A stretch of 26,438 bases of DNA, taken from positions 31,582-58,019 of the forward strand of contig CAXTKV010000004.1 of NCBI GenBank assembly GCA_964244895.1, given 5' to 3'. This document shows, piece after piece, positions 9,527 through 19,082 of this stretch; the first letter of the stretch is position 1; every line of letters starts with the position of its first letter. Made by a program: the position numbers and the translations under genes. The notes beneath the pieces were generated by a model. It had not been told where the DNA came from and did no database searches. It saw only the letters and a list, made by a program, of their open reading frames with translations. Origin of the DNA: an uncultured Deinococcales bacterium (lineage in GTDB: Bacteria; Deinococcota; Deinococci; Deinococcales; JAAFIG01).

Positions 9527-9909
9527 TCGAGTACCGCACCGATCCGGACGTGAAAAATGACGCCCTGAACGCGTTGTTCGCCGCCGCATGGGGCGCGCAC
9601 GCGGCGCGCGATTTTGCGCGCACGCTCGAGCGAAGCCTGGGGTTCATCGGTGCGTTCGAGGGCGAACAGCTGGTCGGCTTCGTCAACCTGGCGTGGGATG
9701 GCGGCGTTCACGCGTTTTTGCTGGACGCGACCGTCCACCCGGCGCATCAGCGTCGGGGCATCGGGCAAGAACTCGTGCGGCGCGCGGTGGAACTGGCTCG
9801 GGGTCGGGGTTGCGATTGGGTTCACGTCGATTACGAACCGCACCTGGAAGGGTTTTACGCGCGTTGCGGTTTCGCGCCGACCCGCGCGGGCCTGGTCAGG
9901 CTCAGGTGA
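9523..9909 (+). CDS. GNAT-family N-acetyltransferase
   Basis: VHPAHQRRGIGQEL acetyl-CoA binding motif A; FYARCGF motif B. Confidence 0.92.
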   Translation: MIEYRTDPDVKNDALNALFAAAWGAHAARDFARTLERSLGFIGAFEGEQLVGFVNLAWDGGVHAFLLDATVHPAHQRRGIGQELVRRAVELARGRGCDWVHVDYEPHLEGFYARCGFAPTRAGLVRLR

Positions 9910-10003
9910 CTCGCGTCCGGCTCGAGTTAACCTCGGGCATTCGCGGGGAACCCAGCGCGGTTTTTTGCACGCGATCACTCGAGCACTCGCGAGATGATGG
10001 CGT

Positions 10004-10342
10004 GTGCCGCCATCGCCCGATCTCGAGACCGCGCTCAAACACCTGGCGTCCGATCTGCGCGGGCATTACGGCGCGCGTTACGGCGAGTTGATCCTGTGCG
10101 CCCAACGAGAACCCGACGCGCCCGAGGTGCTGCAACCCAACGCGCTCGAGGTGCTGCTCGTGCTGGAGGGCGAGGTCAACCAGATGCGCGAGATTCTGCG
10201 GGTCGAACCCGTGGCGCGGCTGCACTCGAACCCTGCACTCGAGATCGCGATTTTGCCCGTCAGCCGCACCGTCTTTGAGCGCGCTGAAGAACCCGAGCTG
10301 TGGGAGTTGCGGTTCACGGGCACGGTGATCGAACCCGAATGA
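10004..10342 (+). CDS. Minimal nucleotidyltransferase (MNT)-like protein, catalytically degenerate
   Basis: Length and pattern (LRGHYGARYGELIL..., EVLLVLEG, ILPVS..F...P...ELRFTGTVI) follow MNT proteins, but GS and DxD are missing. Confidence 0.5.
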   Translation: MPPSPDLETALKHLASDLRGHYGARYGELILCAQREPDAPEVLQPNALEVLLVLEGEVNQMREILRVEPVARLHSNPALEIAILPVSRTVFERAEEPELWELRFTGTVIEPE

Positions 10343-10370
10343 AAGAAGACCGTCCTGGACGGTCTTCTTT
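10342..10370. repeat. Collapsed REP-like palindrome
   Basis: AAAGAAGACCGTCC-T-GGACGGTCTTCTTT, perfect 14-bp arms; a degenerate second copy follows at about 10379-10403; lies between convergent genes. Confidence 0.9.
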
Positions 10371-10403
10371 AGATTCCAGGAACAGTGTCCGGGACGTTTT
10401 TTC

Positions 10404-11180
10404 TTATCTTCCGCCCAGCAACGCACCCAGCACGGTCGAGACGACCGAGCCCGTGCTGGCCGCGCCAGCGTCGCGTTGACCGTTGGCGTTGGTCATCTGC
10501 GAGCCCTGCTGCACCGCGCCCATCAACTGTCCCAGGATGTCGCCCATGCCGCCGGATGCCGCAGCGTTGGCGTTCGGTTGCGCACCGCCCGCGAGGGCTC
10601 CGGTCAGGCCGCCCAGGAGCCCGCCGAGCGAACCGTTCTGCTGTCCCTGAGCGCCGGAGTTGCCGCCCAGCAGACCGCCCAGCACGCTGCCGAGCCCGCC
10701 GCCCGCGCTGCTCGAGTTGCCGCCCATCAATCCACCGATCAGGCTGCCCAGGTCGCCGCCGCCCTGTGAACCCGTCAGCGCGTTCAACAACGGCCCGAGC
10801 GACCCGAGCGCCCCAGCCGAGTTGACGCCGCGCGTGTCGTGGTTCGCGAAGCCCTGCACCAGCATCCCGATGAGCGGCCCCAGGTCGCTGGCCGAAAGCT
10901 GATTGGGTCGGCCCTGAAAGGCTTGCGCACCCTGCGCGAACGCGTCACCGTACGCCTTCGAGGTGAAGCCCTGGCCCTGGCTGCTGACCGCGCCGGAAAT
11001 CTGCTGGAACGCCTGGCCCAGATCGGCGTTCGGGTCGCTCGGTGCGACGTTGTAGGCAGCCTGGAACTTGTTCAGCATGTCCGTGCCGTGCGTCGGGTGT
11101 TGCGGATCGACGCTGTTCAGTTCCTGCTGTTGTTGTTCAAGGTTGCCGACGACCTGCCCCAGAAGCTCTTTGATGGTCAT
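10404..11180 (-). CDS. DAK2/DhaL-like N-terminal domain with Gly/Leu-rich repetitive C-terminus
   Basis: ELNSVD...HGTDM..KFQAA and GFTSKAYGDAF resemble DhaL ELNxLD..GDHGxNM and GxSGxLYG; tail of LGGLLGG repeats. Confidence 0.55.
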   Translation of the reverse strand: MTIKELLGQVVGNLEQQQQELNSVDPQHPTHGTDMLNKFQAAYNVAPSDPNADLGQAFQQISGAVSSQGQGFTSKAYGDAFAQGAQAFQGRPNQLSASDLGPLIGMLVQGFANHDTRGVNSAGALGSLGPLLNALTGSQGGGDLGSLIGGLMGGNSSSAGGGLGSVLGGLLGGNSGAQGQQNGSLGGLLGGLTGALAGGAQPNANAAASGGMGDILGQLMGAVQQGSQMTNANGQRDAGAASTGSVVSTVLGALLGGR

Positions 11181-11186
11181 GCCGTG

Positions 11187-11192
11187 AGGCTA
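11187..11192 (-). promoter_or_regulatory. -10 box, putative leaderless promoter
   Basis: TG-C-TAGCCT 6 nt before ATG 11180. Confidence 0.55.
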
Positions 11193-11307
11193 GCACACGG
11201 GCTTCCAGGCTGACGTTGATGAATCCTTGAGTCTTCAGGATCGGGCAGGGTTCGCGGCTCGAACGGATTTCGGGCGTCCGAACTGGTTCGAGACTTCGCC
11301 CGTGGAA

Positions 11308-11349
11308 TCTCGGGCATCGGCTCGAGCGTCGTCTCGGGCATCGGCTCGA
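11308..11349. repeat. Direct repeat, 24-bp period
   Basis: TCTCGGGCATCGGCTCGA at 11308-11325 and 11332-11349. Confidence 0.85.
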
Positions 11350-11468
11350 TGGCGGCGGTTTGACTCGAGCCGAGATTCATCAAAAGGAGCGCGCGGTTCT
11401 GGTCGGGCGCAGCTCACCGCTCGGGGAAAAGTTCGCGCAAACTCGAGGACTGCCGCCGAACCCCGACC

Positions 11469-11534
11469 GAAAAAGACCGTTCCAGACGCGTAATCGAGGC
11501 CATGCGCTCGTTTTGTGCGCGCTGGACGGTCTTC
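11469..11534. repeat. REP-like palindromic element
   Basis: GAAAAAGACCGTTCCAGACGCG...GCGCGCTGGACGGTCTTC, abutting the amidase stop. Confidence 0.85.
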
Positions 11535-11535
11535 C

Positions 11536-12258
11536 TCAGCGCGGTGGCCCTTTCAGTTTGAGATTGGCCAGGGATGCGCGCAGCCGGGTCATGAAATCCG
11601 CGCCGGGATCGGATTTAATTGTGTAGTACGTCGGATCGCGCTCCTGCCAGAGCGGTGTGCCGCGAAACCGCAGGGACTCGAGATGACCGATCAGGGTCGT
11701 GATCGTCGGGTGTGCTCGCACCAGATACCGCACCAGCGCAGCGTCAGCGTTGAGTTGCGCGTCGGTCAGCGCCGAGCCCGCGCCGCCACCGACGTTCTCG
11801 ATGCCGATGGCGACGCGGTTCAAGCCGATGGTGTGCCGCGCCATCAGCGTCTCATCCATCAGCTGGTGGATCGCGCCGTCGCGATCCACCACGAATTGCG
11901 CGCTGACGTTCAACCGTCCGCCGCGCCGGATGTCGGTTCTCGAGCCGGACAGCACCGCGGGCTCGAACATCGCCAGCGTCGCCCGAAGGGTCTTCGTGTT
12001 CGTCCAGTGCGCGACGATCATGCGCGGGGTAAAGCGGATGTCGGTGGCGGCGGGATCGTAATGCGTTCTGATGTACTCGAGCGTTAATTTCCGGCGCTCT
12101 GCCCCGAACGGAATCGAGGTTTGCACGATGCGCGGCTCGCGGCTCTCAGCGTTCCCAGCCGGACCTGAGCCGAGCGCGACCACCAGCGCGGCGCAAAAAA
12201 AGAACACCGTCTGGAACGGTGTTCTCGAGCTTCCGCGCAGCACGGTGTCAAGCCTCAC
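11536..12258 (-). CDS. Secreted N-acetylmuramoyl-L-alanine amidase (Amidase_2/PGRP-like)
   Basis: IVAHWT, SAQFVVDRDG, ARHTIGLN..AIGIENVG, IGHLE, KSDPG; hydrophobic signal FFFCAALVVALG; GTG 12258 overlaps the upstream stop (alternative GTG 12243). Confidence 0.88.
   Translation of the reverse strand: MRLDTVLRGSSRTPFQTVFFFCAALVVALGSGPAGNAESREPRIVQTSIPFGAERRKLTLEYIRTHYDPAATDIRFTPRMIVAHWTNTKTLRATLAMFEPAVLSGSRTDIRRGGRLNVSAQFVVDRDGAIHQLMDETLMARHTIGLNRVAIGIENVGGGAGSALTDAQLNADAALVRYLVRAHPTITTLIGHLESLRFRGTPLWQERDPTYYTIKSDPGADFMTRLRASLANLKLKGPPR
12201..12225. repeat. Collapsed REP-like palindrome inside the amidase signal-peptide coding region
   Basis: AGAACACCGT-CTGGA-ACGGTGTTCT(CGAG); encodes RTPFQTVF on the minus strand. 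Confidence 0.8.
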
Positions 12259-13583
12259 ATCGGGTAACCGTTGGCACCCAATCGGCAGGCCTCGACAAAG
12301 TTCGCATCGCTGGTGTACTTCTGGCAATCGCGCAATCGATCGTCCGCCGTGGCGGTGAAGCCGCCGCTGATCGTGCCGATCGCCCAGTAGCACGAGTGCT
12401 TGTAGCCATCCGGGGCCAGATCGCACATGCGGGCGGCCTTCTCGCCATCGTTGTAATTTGCCGTCATGTCCTTCGAAGCGCCCAGGATGCAGTCCAGTTG
12501 TCCGCCGTGGTTGCCCGCCGTGCCGCACAGGCGCAGGATGTCCACCGCGTTCTGACGGGTCGATCCGCTCGCGTCGCGCCCGTAAGACTGGAAGCAGGTC
12601 GCCACCCAATTCTTCTCTGCGCCAGCGCACAACGCGGCGGTCGCGTCCCAGTTCCAACCGTTCTGGCGCAGCACGTAGGACGTGACCATCAGGTAGCAGT
12701 ACAGCTTGTCGCCTTCCTTGATGGTGTCGCAGGGGTACAAGAGGTCGTCTTTTTTAATCCACTTGGATTCCACGCCGTAACTGGTCGAGATGTTCTCCAT
12801 GAACACGCCGCCCTTGCAGGATTGCTGATCCCAGTTGTTGGCCAGCTTGTTGCAGGATTCCAGCGCCAGCGGCAAGTCCAGTTCGGTGGTGATCATCAGT
12901 CCGTGCCCGAGGCCGTGAACGCACTGGTACGCGATCCAGTTGGTGGCGCGCACGTCGGGGTCATCGCAGAATTTTCTGGAAATCCGCGCGAGTTCACTAG
13001 ACGTGAAGGCTTTGAGGTTTTCCGTCTGGAAGGCGTGCTCCAAGATGCCGTGATAGTAGCCGCTCCAGCACGAACTCGAGCCCGCCGCGAAGGCCTGCCC
13101 GATCTTGTTCTTGAACCTGTTCAAGGCCGCCGAACCCATCGTGTGCGCGATGCGGTGGCAGTTCTGCTCGATCGGGCCGGGATTGGCGATGTCCGCGTCG
13201 AAGCGCGCCAGCGCCACTTTTGGCCCTTCGTAGTACGTCAGGTTGCCGTAGGCCTGTTCCAGGCATTGAAAATCGCCGCCCTTGCAATCGGTGAGTTTGA
13301 CGGCGTTGGGTTTGAAACCTCCCGCGATCGGGTGGCGCGGCAGCGCCCCGAGCGTGGCGTCGATTTTGGTCGTGTCCTTGGCGGCGGATTTCCAGTCGCT
13401 GCTGAGGGTCGTCGCGGATTGGGTGGTCGCGGTCTGGCTCGAGGCGGCGCTGACGATGGCCTGACTCTGGGTTTTCGGACTGAACGCGAAGACCGCAGCG
13501 GCGATGCCGACGATCGCGCCGAGCGTTCCCACGGCAATCCAGGGTGCGTACTTGACCAGTCTCGGCTTCTCGGGCTGCGCCAT
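12255..13583 (-). CDS. Membrane-anchored Cys/His-rich hypothetical protein
   Basis: N-terminal TM; motifs CHRIAHTMG, CWSGYYHGILE, CVHGLGHGL, CKGGVFMEN, then spaced Cys pairs; ATG 13583 with TACAAT 6 nt upstream. The 787-aa ORF extension is a shadow of other features. Confidence 0.85.
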   Translation of the reverse strand: MAQPEKPRLVKYAPWIAVGTLGAIVGIAAAVFAFSPKTQSQAIVSAASSQTATTQSATTLSSDWKSAAKDTTKIDATLGALPRHPIAGGFKPNAVKLTDCKGGDFQCLEQAYGNLTYYEGPKVALARFDADIANPGPIEQNCHRIAHTMGSAALNRFKNKIGQAFAAGSSSCWSGYYHGILEHAFQTENLKAFTSSELARISRKFCDDPDVRATNWIAYQCVHGLGHGLMITTELDLPLALESCNKLANNWDQQSCKGGVFMENISTSYGVESKWIKKDDLLYPCDTIKEGDKLYCYLMVTSYVLRQNGWNWDATAALCAGAEKNWVATCFQSYGRDASGSTRQNAVDILRLCGTAGNHGGQLDCILGASKDMTANYNDGEKAARMCDLAPDGYKHSCYWAIGTISGGFTATADDRLRDCQKYTSDANFVEACRLGANGYPM

Positions 13584-13589
13584 GGGCTC

Positions 13590-13595
13590 ATTGTA
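13590..13595 (-). promoter_or_regulatory. -10 box, putative leaderless promoter
   Basis: TACAAT 6 nt before ATG 13583. Confidence 0.6.
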
Positions 13596-13680
13596 GCGCC
13601 TGGGCATGAAAATCCTGCGAAAAAACCATCGTTCGAGTCCGGGACGCAACATGCGCGGCTGTGGATGCTTCGCTCGATCG

Positions 13681-13738
13681 GAAGACCGTCCCGGAGGCTG
13701 TTTCTCGAGGTCAAACATCTGCGTCAGGGACGGTCTTC
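13681..13738. repeat. REP-like palindromic element
   Basis: GAAGACCGTCCC...GGGACGGTCTTC with an internal CTCGAG. Confidence 0.88.
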
Positions 13739-13801
13739 TCTGGTTTGGCAGGATTTCGAAGCCCACCCGACCCAAGGCTCGAGGGCGCGCGTAGACGGTC
13801 C

Positions 13802-14584
13802 TTAACTGCCAATAAAATTCGAGCGGATGAAGCCCTCGAGTTGGGTGCGCTCGTCGGATGATCCGGCCTTGACCAGATAAGAATACGCGGCGGGCGCGTA
13901 CCCGGCGATGCCCGTGGCCAGCAACCTTCGCGCGGCCTGGGTCGGGTCGACCGGGGCCTTGCCGCCGAAATCCGCCACGAAGACGCTGGCGGCGTACAGC
14001 ACCTCGCCGCTGGCGTTCCTGACCTCGAGCCGGGAAGATTTCAGCAGTTTGGCGGTCGGCAGGGCGAACACGGCTTCGTCGTCGCTCAGGCTGCTCGAGA
14101 ACAGGACGGCACCCTTCGCATCCATCAGCTTCAGGGTTTTGGGGTTGGGTCGACCGGACATCGGCAAAAGCAATTCCGGGAGCGCGAAATCCTTGGGCAC
14201 CTGAAGCGACGGCCCGGTGCATTCCTTGCAATCGCCACCCCTGGACATCGCGCCCTGGTTGTCGAAGGTTTTGGGGTTGTTGACCAGCGATTGCACGAAG
14301 GTCATGACGCTCTGACCGTCGTTGGCGGGTGGTGAAACCTGAAGGCAACGGCCTTTTTCGAGCGTGTACTTCTGCTTGCTGATCCCGCGGAGCACTTCCA
14401 GCTTGCCTGAAGAAACACAGAGCTGATCGCCCGCCCGCAGGCTGACCGTGGTGGGTTTGGTGATCGTGGCGGGTTTGCCCCGGAAGGTGATGAGGGTCGC
14501 GCCGGACGGTCGGAGTTCGGCGACTTCGTCGGCCAGTGCGACGCCGGATAACGCGAGCGCGGCGAGGATCAGGATTCGTTTCAT
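13802..14584 (-). CDS. Secreted hypothetical protein (CHASE2-associated; possibly DUF928-like)
   Basis: Sec signal MKRILILAALALSGVALA; RBS GGAGG; GAMSRGGDC motif; directly downstream of the CHASE2 gene. Confidence 0.75.
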   Translation of the reverse strand: MKRILILAALALSGVALADEVAELRPSGATLITFRGKPATITKPTTVSLRAGDQLCVSSGKLEVLRGISKQKYTLEKGRCLQVSPPANDGQSVMTFVQSLVNNPKTFDNQGAMSRGGDCKECTGPSLQVPKDFALPELLLPMSGRPNPKTLKLMDAKGAVLFSSSLSDDEAVFALPTAKLLKSSRLEVRNASGEVLYAASVFVADFGGKAPVDPTQAARRLLATGIAGYAPAAYSYLVKAGSSDERTQLEGFIRSNFIGS

Positions 14585-14636
14585 GCGTACCTCCTGCTTT
14601 CAGGACGGCGAGCTTCAATGCCGTCGGCGACGGTGC

Positions 14637-15944
14637 TTACGAACGTCTCAGACCCCAGTTGAGCACGCGCTGCGCGACCTGCGGCAGCTTGTGGTGTTCT
14701 AAGGTTCGGGCGATCTCGAGCGCCAGGATCGGGAAGGCAAAATCCACGAACACGCCCGCGTTGTGCAAGGTGAAGACGGAAATCACGAACAACGATGTCC
14801 AGATCACGGGGCGTTCCAGGAAATTCTCGAGCTTGATCTCGTCCTTGGTTTCCAGTTTCGGGTTGCGGCGCTTGCGGTACCGGTTGATGATTCCCGAAAG
14901 CCAGCCGACCGTGAACGGTGTGACCAAGAGCGATGCGAAGGTCGCGGCGAACGCCAACAGCGCCCCCAGCCACGGCGAGAGCGGCGCGACCTTGCGCCCG
15001 TAACTGAGCAAGGTCATCAGCTCGTTCACGTGCAGCAACACGCCCGGAATGCGGCCCACCGGGGTCAGGTGATCGTCGCCGCTCTCGCGGTCGGTGCGTC
15101 CGATCAGCACGATGGCGTCGTCGAACACGCCGAGCGTATCGCTGTCCAGCACATTCAGCGCCGGAACCGCCGTGAAGCCCTGCCAGAGTTCCGGCTGGCG
15201 GAAAATCATGCGGTTACCGATGCCACCGTAGCTGTCCTGGAAAGCGTAGGGGCTTCTGGCGCGGGCTTCCGGGCTCGAGGCGCAGGCGTCAGCCTTGGTC
15301 GGGGAGCGGGCGGCGCGGTACAGGCCCTCGGAGGCGGGCAGCAGGTCGGCGTCGCTGACGCGGCGCGGGATGCGGCGCACCAGGCTGTCCTGATCGCGGA
15401 TCGCGTAGGGCGAGACGAAGCAGGCACTCAGACCCAGTTCTCGCGGGCTCGAGCCAAAGAGCTTCGATTTTTCGAGGGGTTGGGTGGAGTTAAAGAGCAC
15501 CGGGAACGGGTGGCGTTTCAAAAACGCGATGAAGGCCAGATCGCCCTGTGATCGTTGCGGTTTGCCGTTGACGGATTCGTTGGTGGCCCGAGACAAGTCC
15601 AGATCGATGAACACGGCGCGCGGCTTGCTGTCCTCGAGCGCGGTCAGGACTTTGGTCAGGGCACCCCGGTTGAAAACGTAACTGTCGGCGCTGTAGCGCG
15701 CGACCGTCGGATCGTCGAGCTGAATCAACCGCACCGGCGGCACGCTGGCTGGAATGCTCGGGCCGAAGCGCAGGTACTCGAGCCGGGAAAGGTAATCGAG
15801 GGTTTTGTCCTGCACGTCCGACAATGTGTCCGACACGCGCCACAGGCAGCGGCAGTCCGCACCCCAGAATAGACCCACGAAAATCGCCGCCGTCAGCACG
15901 GCCAGTCTCAGGGTATTGGCGAGGTGCGTTCTGAAGTCTTTCAC
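14637..15944 (-). CDS. CHASE2 domain membrane protein without a cytoplasmic output domain
   Basis: LIQLDD, PRAVFIDLDLS, DQDSLVRR, IVLIG...DDHLTPVGRIPGVLLHVN, then about 3 TM helices and a short tail. Start uncertain (GTG 15944). Confidence 0.85.
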   Translation of the reverse strand: MKDFRTHLANTLRLAVLTAAIFVGLFWGADCRCLWRVSDTLSDVQDKTLDYLSRLEYLRFGPSIPASVPPVRLIQLDDPTVARYSADSYVFNRGALTKVLTALEDSKPRAVFIDLDLSRATNESVNGKPQRSQGDLAFIAFLKRHPFPVLFNSTQPLEKSKLFGSSPRELGLSACFVSPYAIRDQDSLVRRIPRRVSDADLLPASEGLYRAARSPTKADACASSPEARARSPYAFQDSYGGIGNRMIFRQPELWQGFTAVPALNVLDSDTLGVFDDAIVLIGRTDRESGDDHLTPVGRIPGVLLHVNELMTLLSYGRKVAPLSPWLGALLAFAATFASLLVTPFTVGWLSGIINRYRKRRNPKLETKDEIKLENFLERPVIWTSLFVISVFTLHNAGVFVDFAFPILALEIARTLEHHKLPQVAQRVLNWGLRRS

Positions 15945-16044
15945 GGATGCGTTCCAGGCTACAGACTTTTCGTGAGTTGCAGTTGCGGTGTTTTTCTCAT
16001 CCCTGACGGTGCGCACGGGTTTCGGCCAGCGCGAATATCGCGAA

Positions 16045-16091
16045 AACACCGTCCCAGACGCGATTTTAGAAAATGCGTCTGGGACGGTGTT
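16045..16091. repeat. REP-like palindromic element (perfect 17-bp arms)
   Basis: AACACCGTCCCAGACGC-GATTTTAGAAAAT-GCGTCTGGGACGGTGTT. Confidence 0.95.
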
Positions 16092-16332
16092 CCGGTCATT
16101 TCGAACCGCATCGCTCGAGCAAATACGACCAGAAATCCTCGAGCATTGCTCCGGAAGTGGCGTGCATGGATTTCTCGAGACGTTCGTTCCAGTACGTTCT
16201 CGTGCGAGACGCCACCACAAAGCCTTGCCCTCGAGCCGCCTTCCCAGACGCTGAATGGCTCGAGGAACCCTGCTCCGGACGCGAAAATAGGGCGAGCGCA
16301 TCGCGGCGTTCGCCCACGCATCTTCTCGAGTC

Positions 16333-17865
<1,533 letters not shown>

Positions 17866-17910
17866 GTTCCCGCCTCCTTGAGAAGTTGAAGTATATCTGA
17901 GATGCGCGAG

Positions 17911-17946
17911 CTTACGAATCGAAAGTGAATGCGTTTCGTTCGTAAG
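17911..17946. promoter_or_regulatory. Candidate operator (imperfect inverted repeat) upstream of mmsA
   Basis: CTTACGAA-T-CGAAA...TTTCG-TTCGTAAG in the AT-rich region 45-80 nt upstream of the start. Confidence 0.45.
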
Positions 17947-18041
17947 TTTACTCGGTTGCTTCCTTAGGGGTTCAACGGGGCTGACGATCTTGGGCTGAAC
18001 GATCTCGGGTGGCCCCCCTCGAACCGGTCAATCCGACGGCG

Positions 18042-18118
18042 GCCCCCTCGAGAAGACCGTCCTGAACGCAATTCCCGATGAATAAAAACACCGTCCTGGA
18101 CAGTCTTCTCGAGGGGGC
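18042..18118. repeat. REP-like palindromic element with extended arms and a nested half copy
   Basis: GCCCCCTCGAGAAGACCGTCC...GGACAGTCTTCTCGAGGGGGC (21-bp arms, 1 mismatch); internal AAAACACCGTCC at about 18085-18096. Confidence 0.92.
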
Positions 18119-18283
18119 ACAGGCTGCGCGTCGCGCGTACCTGATCAACGAGCCCACCGCTCCAGAACCCGGACTAGCCGATGCTCGAGCCTTGTGCTAC
18201 ACTCTCACGGCTTGGCCTGAAGGCCGAAATCCAAAAACATTCCCGGCCCGCCGGGACGCAGCAAACCTAATGGGGTGAACGAA

Positions 18284-18529
18284 ATGGCGAAGTCCTGTGC
18301 AGTGACCGGAAAATCCAGCATCGTGATCAACACCGTCACGCGCCGAGGCAAGGCCAAAAAAGACGGCGGCGTCGGCAAGAAAACCACCGGCATCAGCAAG
18401 GTTCGTAAATACTCGAACCTGCAAAAGAAGACCGTGCTGGTCGATGGCGAAAAGAAAGTCATGTGGCTCTCCGCTCGCGCCATGAAGAAAATGCCCGCCA
18501 ACATGACGATCATCGCTAAATCGTCCTGA
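18284..18529 (+). CDS. rpmB: 50S ribosomal protein L28
   Basis: MAKSCAVTGK...RRGKAKKDGGVGKKTTGISK...NLQKK...WLSARA, the Deinococcus/Thermus-type L28 pattern; TG-C-TACACT at 18195-18203 upstream. Confidence 0.95.
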   Translation: MAKSCAVTGKSSIVINTVTRRGKAKKDGGVGKKTTGISKVRKYSNLQKKTVLVDGEKKVMWLSARAMKKMPANMTIIAKSS

Positions 18530-18569
18530 GCCAGATCAACTGCCGGATCAGGATCAACTGAACGCAACG

Positions 18570-18597
18570 ATGCCGAACCTGTAGGTTCGGCATTTTC
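18570..18597 (+). terminator. Intrinsic terminator after rpmB
   Basis: ATGCCGAACCT-GT-AGGTTCGGCAT followed by TTTC. Confidence 0.75.
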
Positions 18598-19082
18598 GTT
18601 GACCACTCGAGCATGCCGGGTTTTCTTCGGTTTCGCTCACGATGTTCACCGGCAGTCGGTCTCGAACAGTTGATGCTCCGCCGAAGTGAACTGCGACGAA
18701 TGCGGTCGTCCCACGAACCGAAGACCTTTACTGAATCGTTACATTTTCCTGTCAAGCTTTATTTCAAGAAAGGGCTCAGCTCTTTCCGAAAAGGCCGATG
18801 GGGACGGCCAGGAAGCGTACCTAGACTCCGAATATTGCCACAACCAAACCTTGAAGGACCCGTCCCGGCAGGTGTGGCTGGAAACGCGCCTCTCGAGATG
18901 GCATTGCCCGCAGAAGGCTTGGGCTTTTTGGAAAGGAGCACTGAAGAATTGGCTACACCGCGCCCGCCCGATCTTTGCGATCACCAGCCCGGTTCATCGA
19001 CCCCGAAGGCGGATCGGCCTTAAAGATCGCCATGCACTGCAACCCCGCCATTCGTGTTCAACGTCCACTGAGGAGGATACCC

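Noticed and set aside
11177..11383. 68-aa ORF with EPMPE repeats upstream of the DAK2-like gene
   Set aside because: Explained by the 24-bp DNA repeat; no RBS, and the downstream gene has its own -10 box inside this ORF.
13584..14618. N-terminal extension of the 787-aa ORF 12255..14618
   Set aside because: Off-frame shadow of the 13802-14584 gene plus repeat DNA; a better start (ATG 13583 with -10 box and TM segment) exists.
15945..16301. N-terminal extension of the CHASE2 ORF through the 16045 element
   Set aside because: Composition is not protein-like and it runs through repeat DNA; not counted as a coding insertion without start-site data.
18424..18439. AAAGAAGACCGTGCTG in rpmB resembling a repeat arm
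   Set aside because: Encodes conserved-looking KKTVL of L28 and has no partner arm; probably chance.
18613..19023. Upstream ORF with PRPP as a RAPP-like arrest peptide
   Set aside because: Motif is not RAPP/RGPP, and there is no RBS, TM segment or CxxC; insufficient support.
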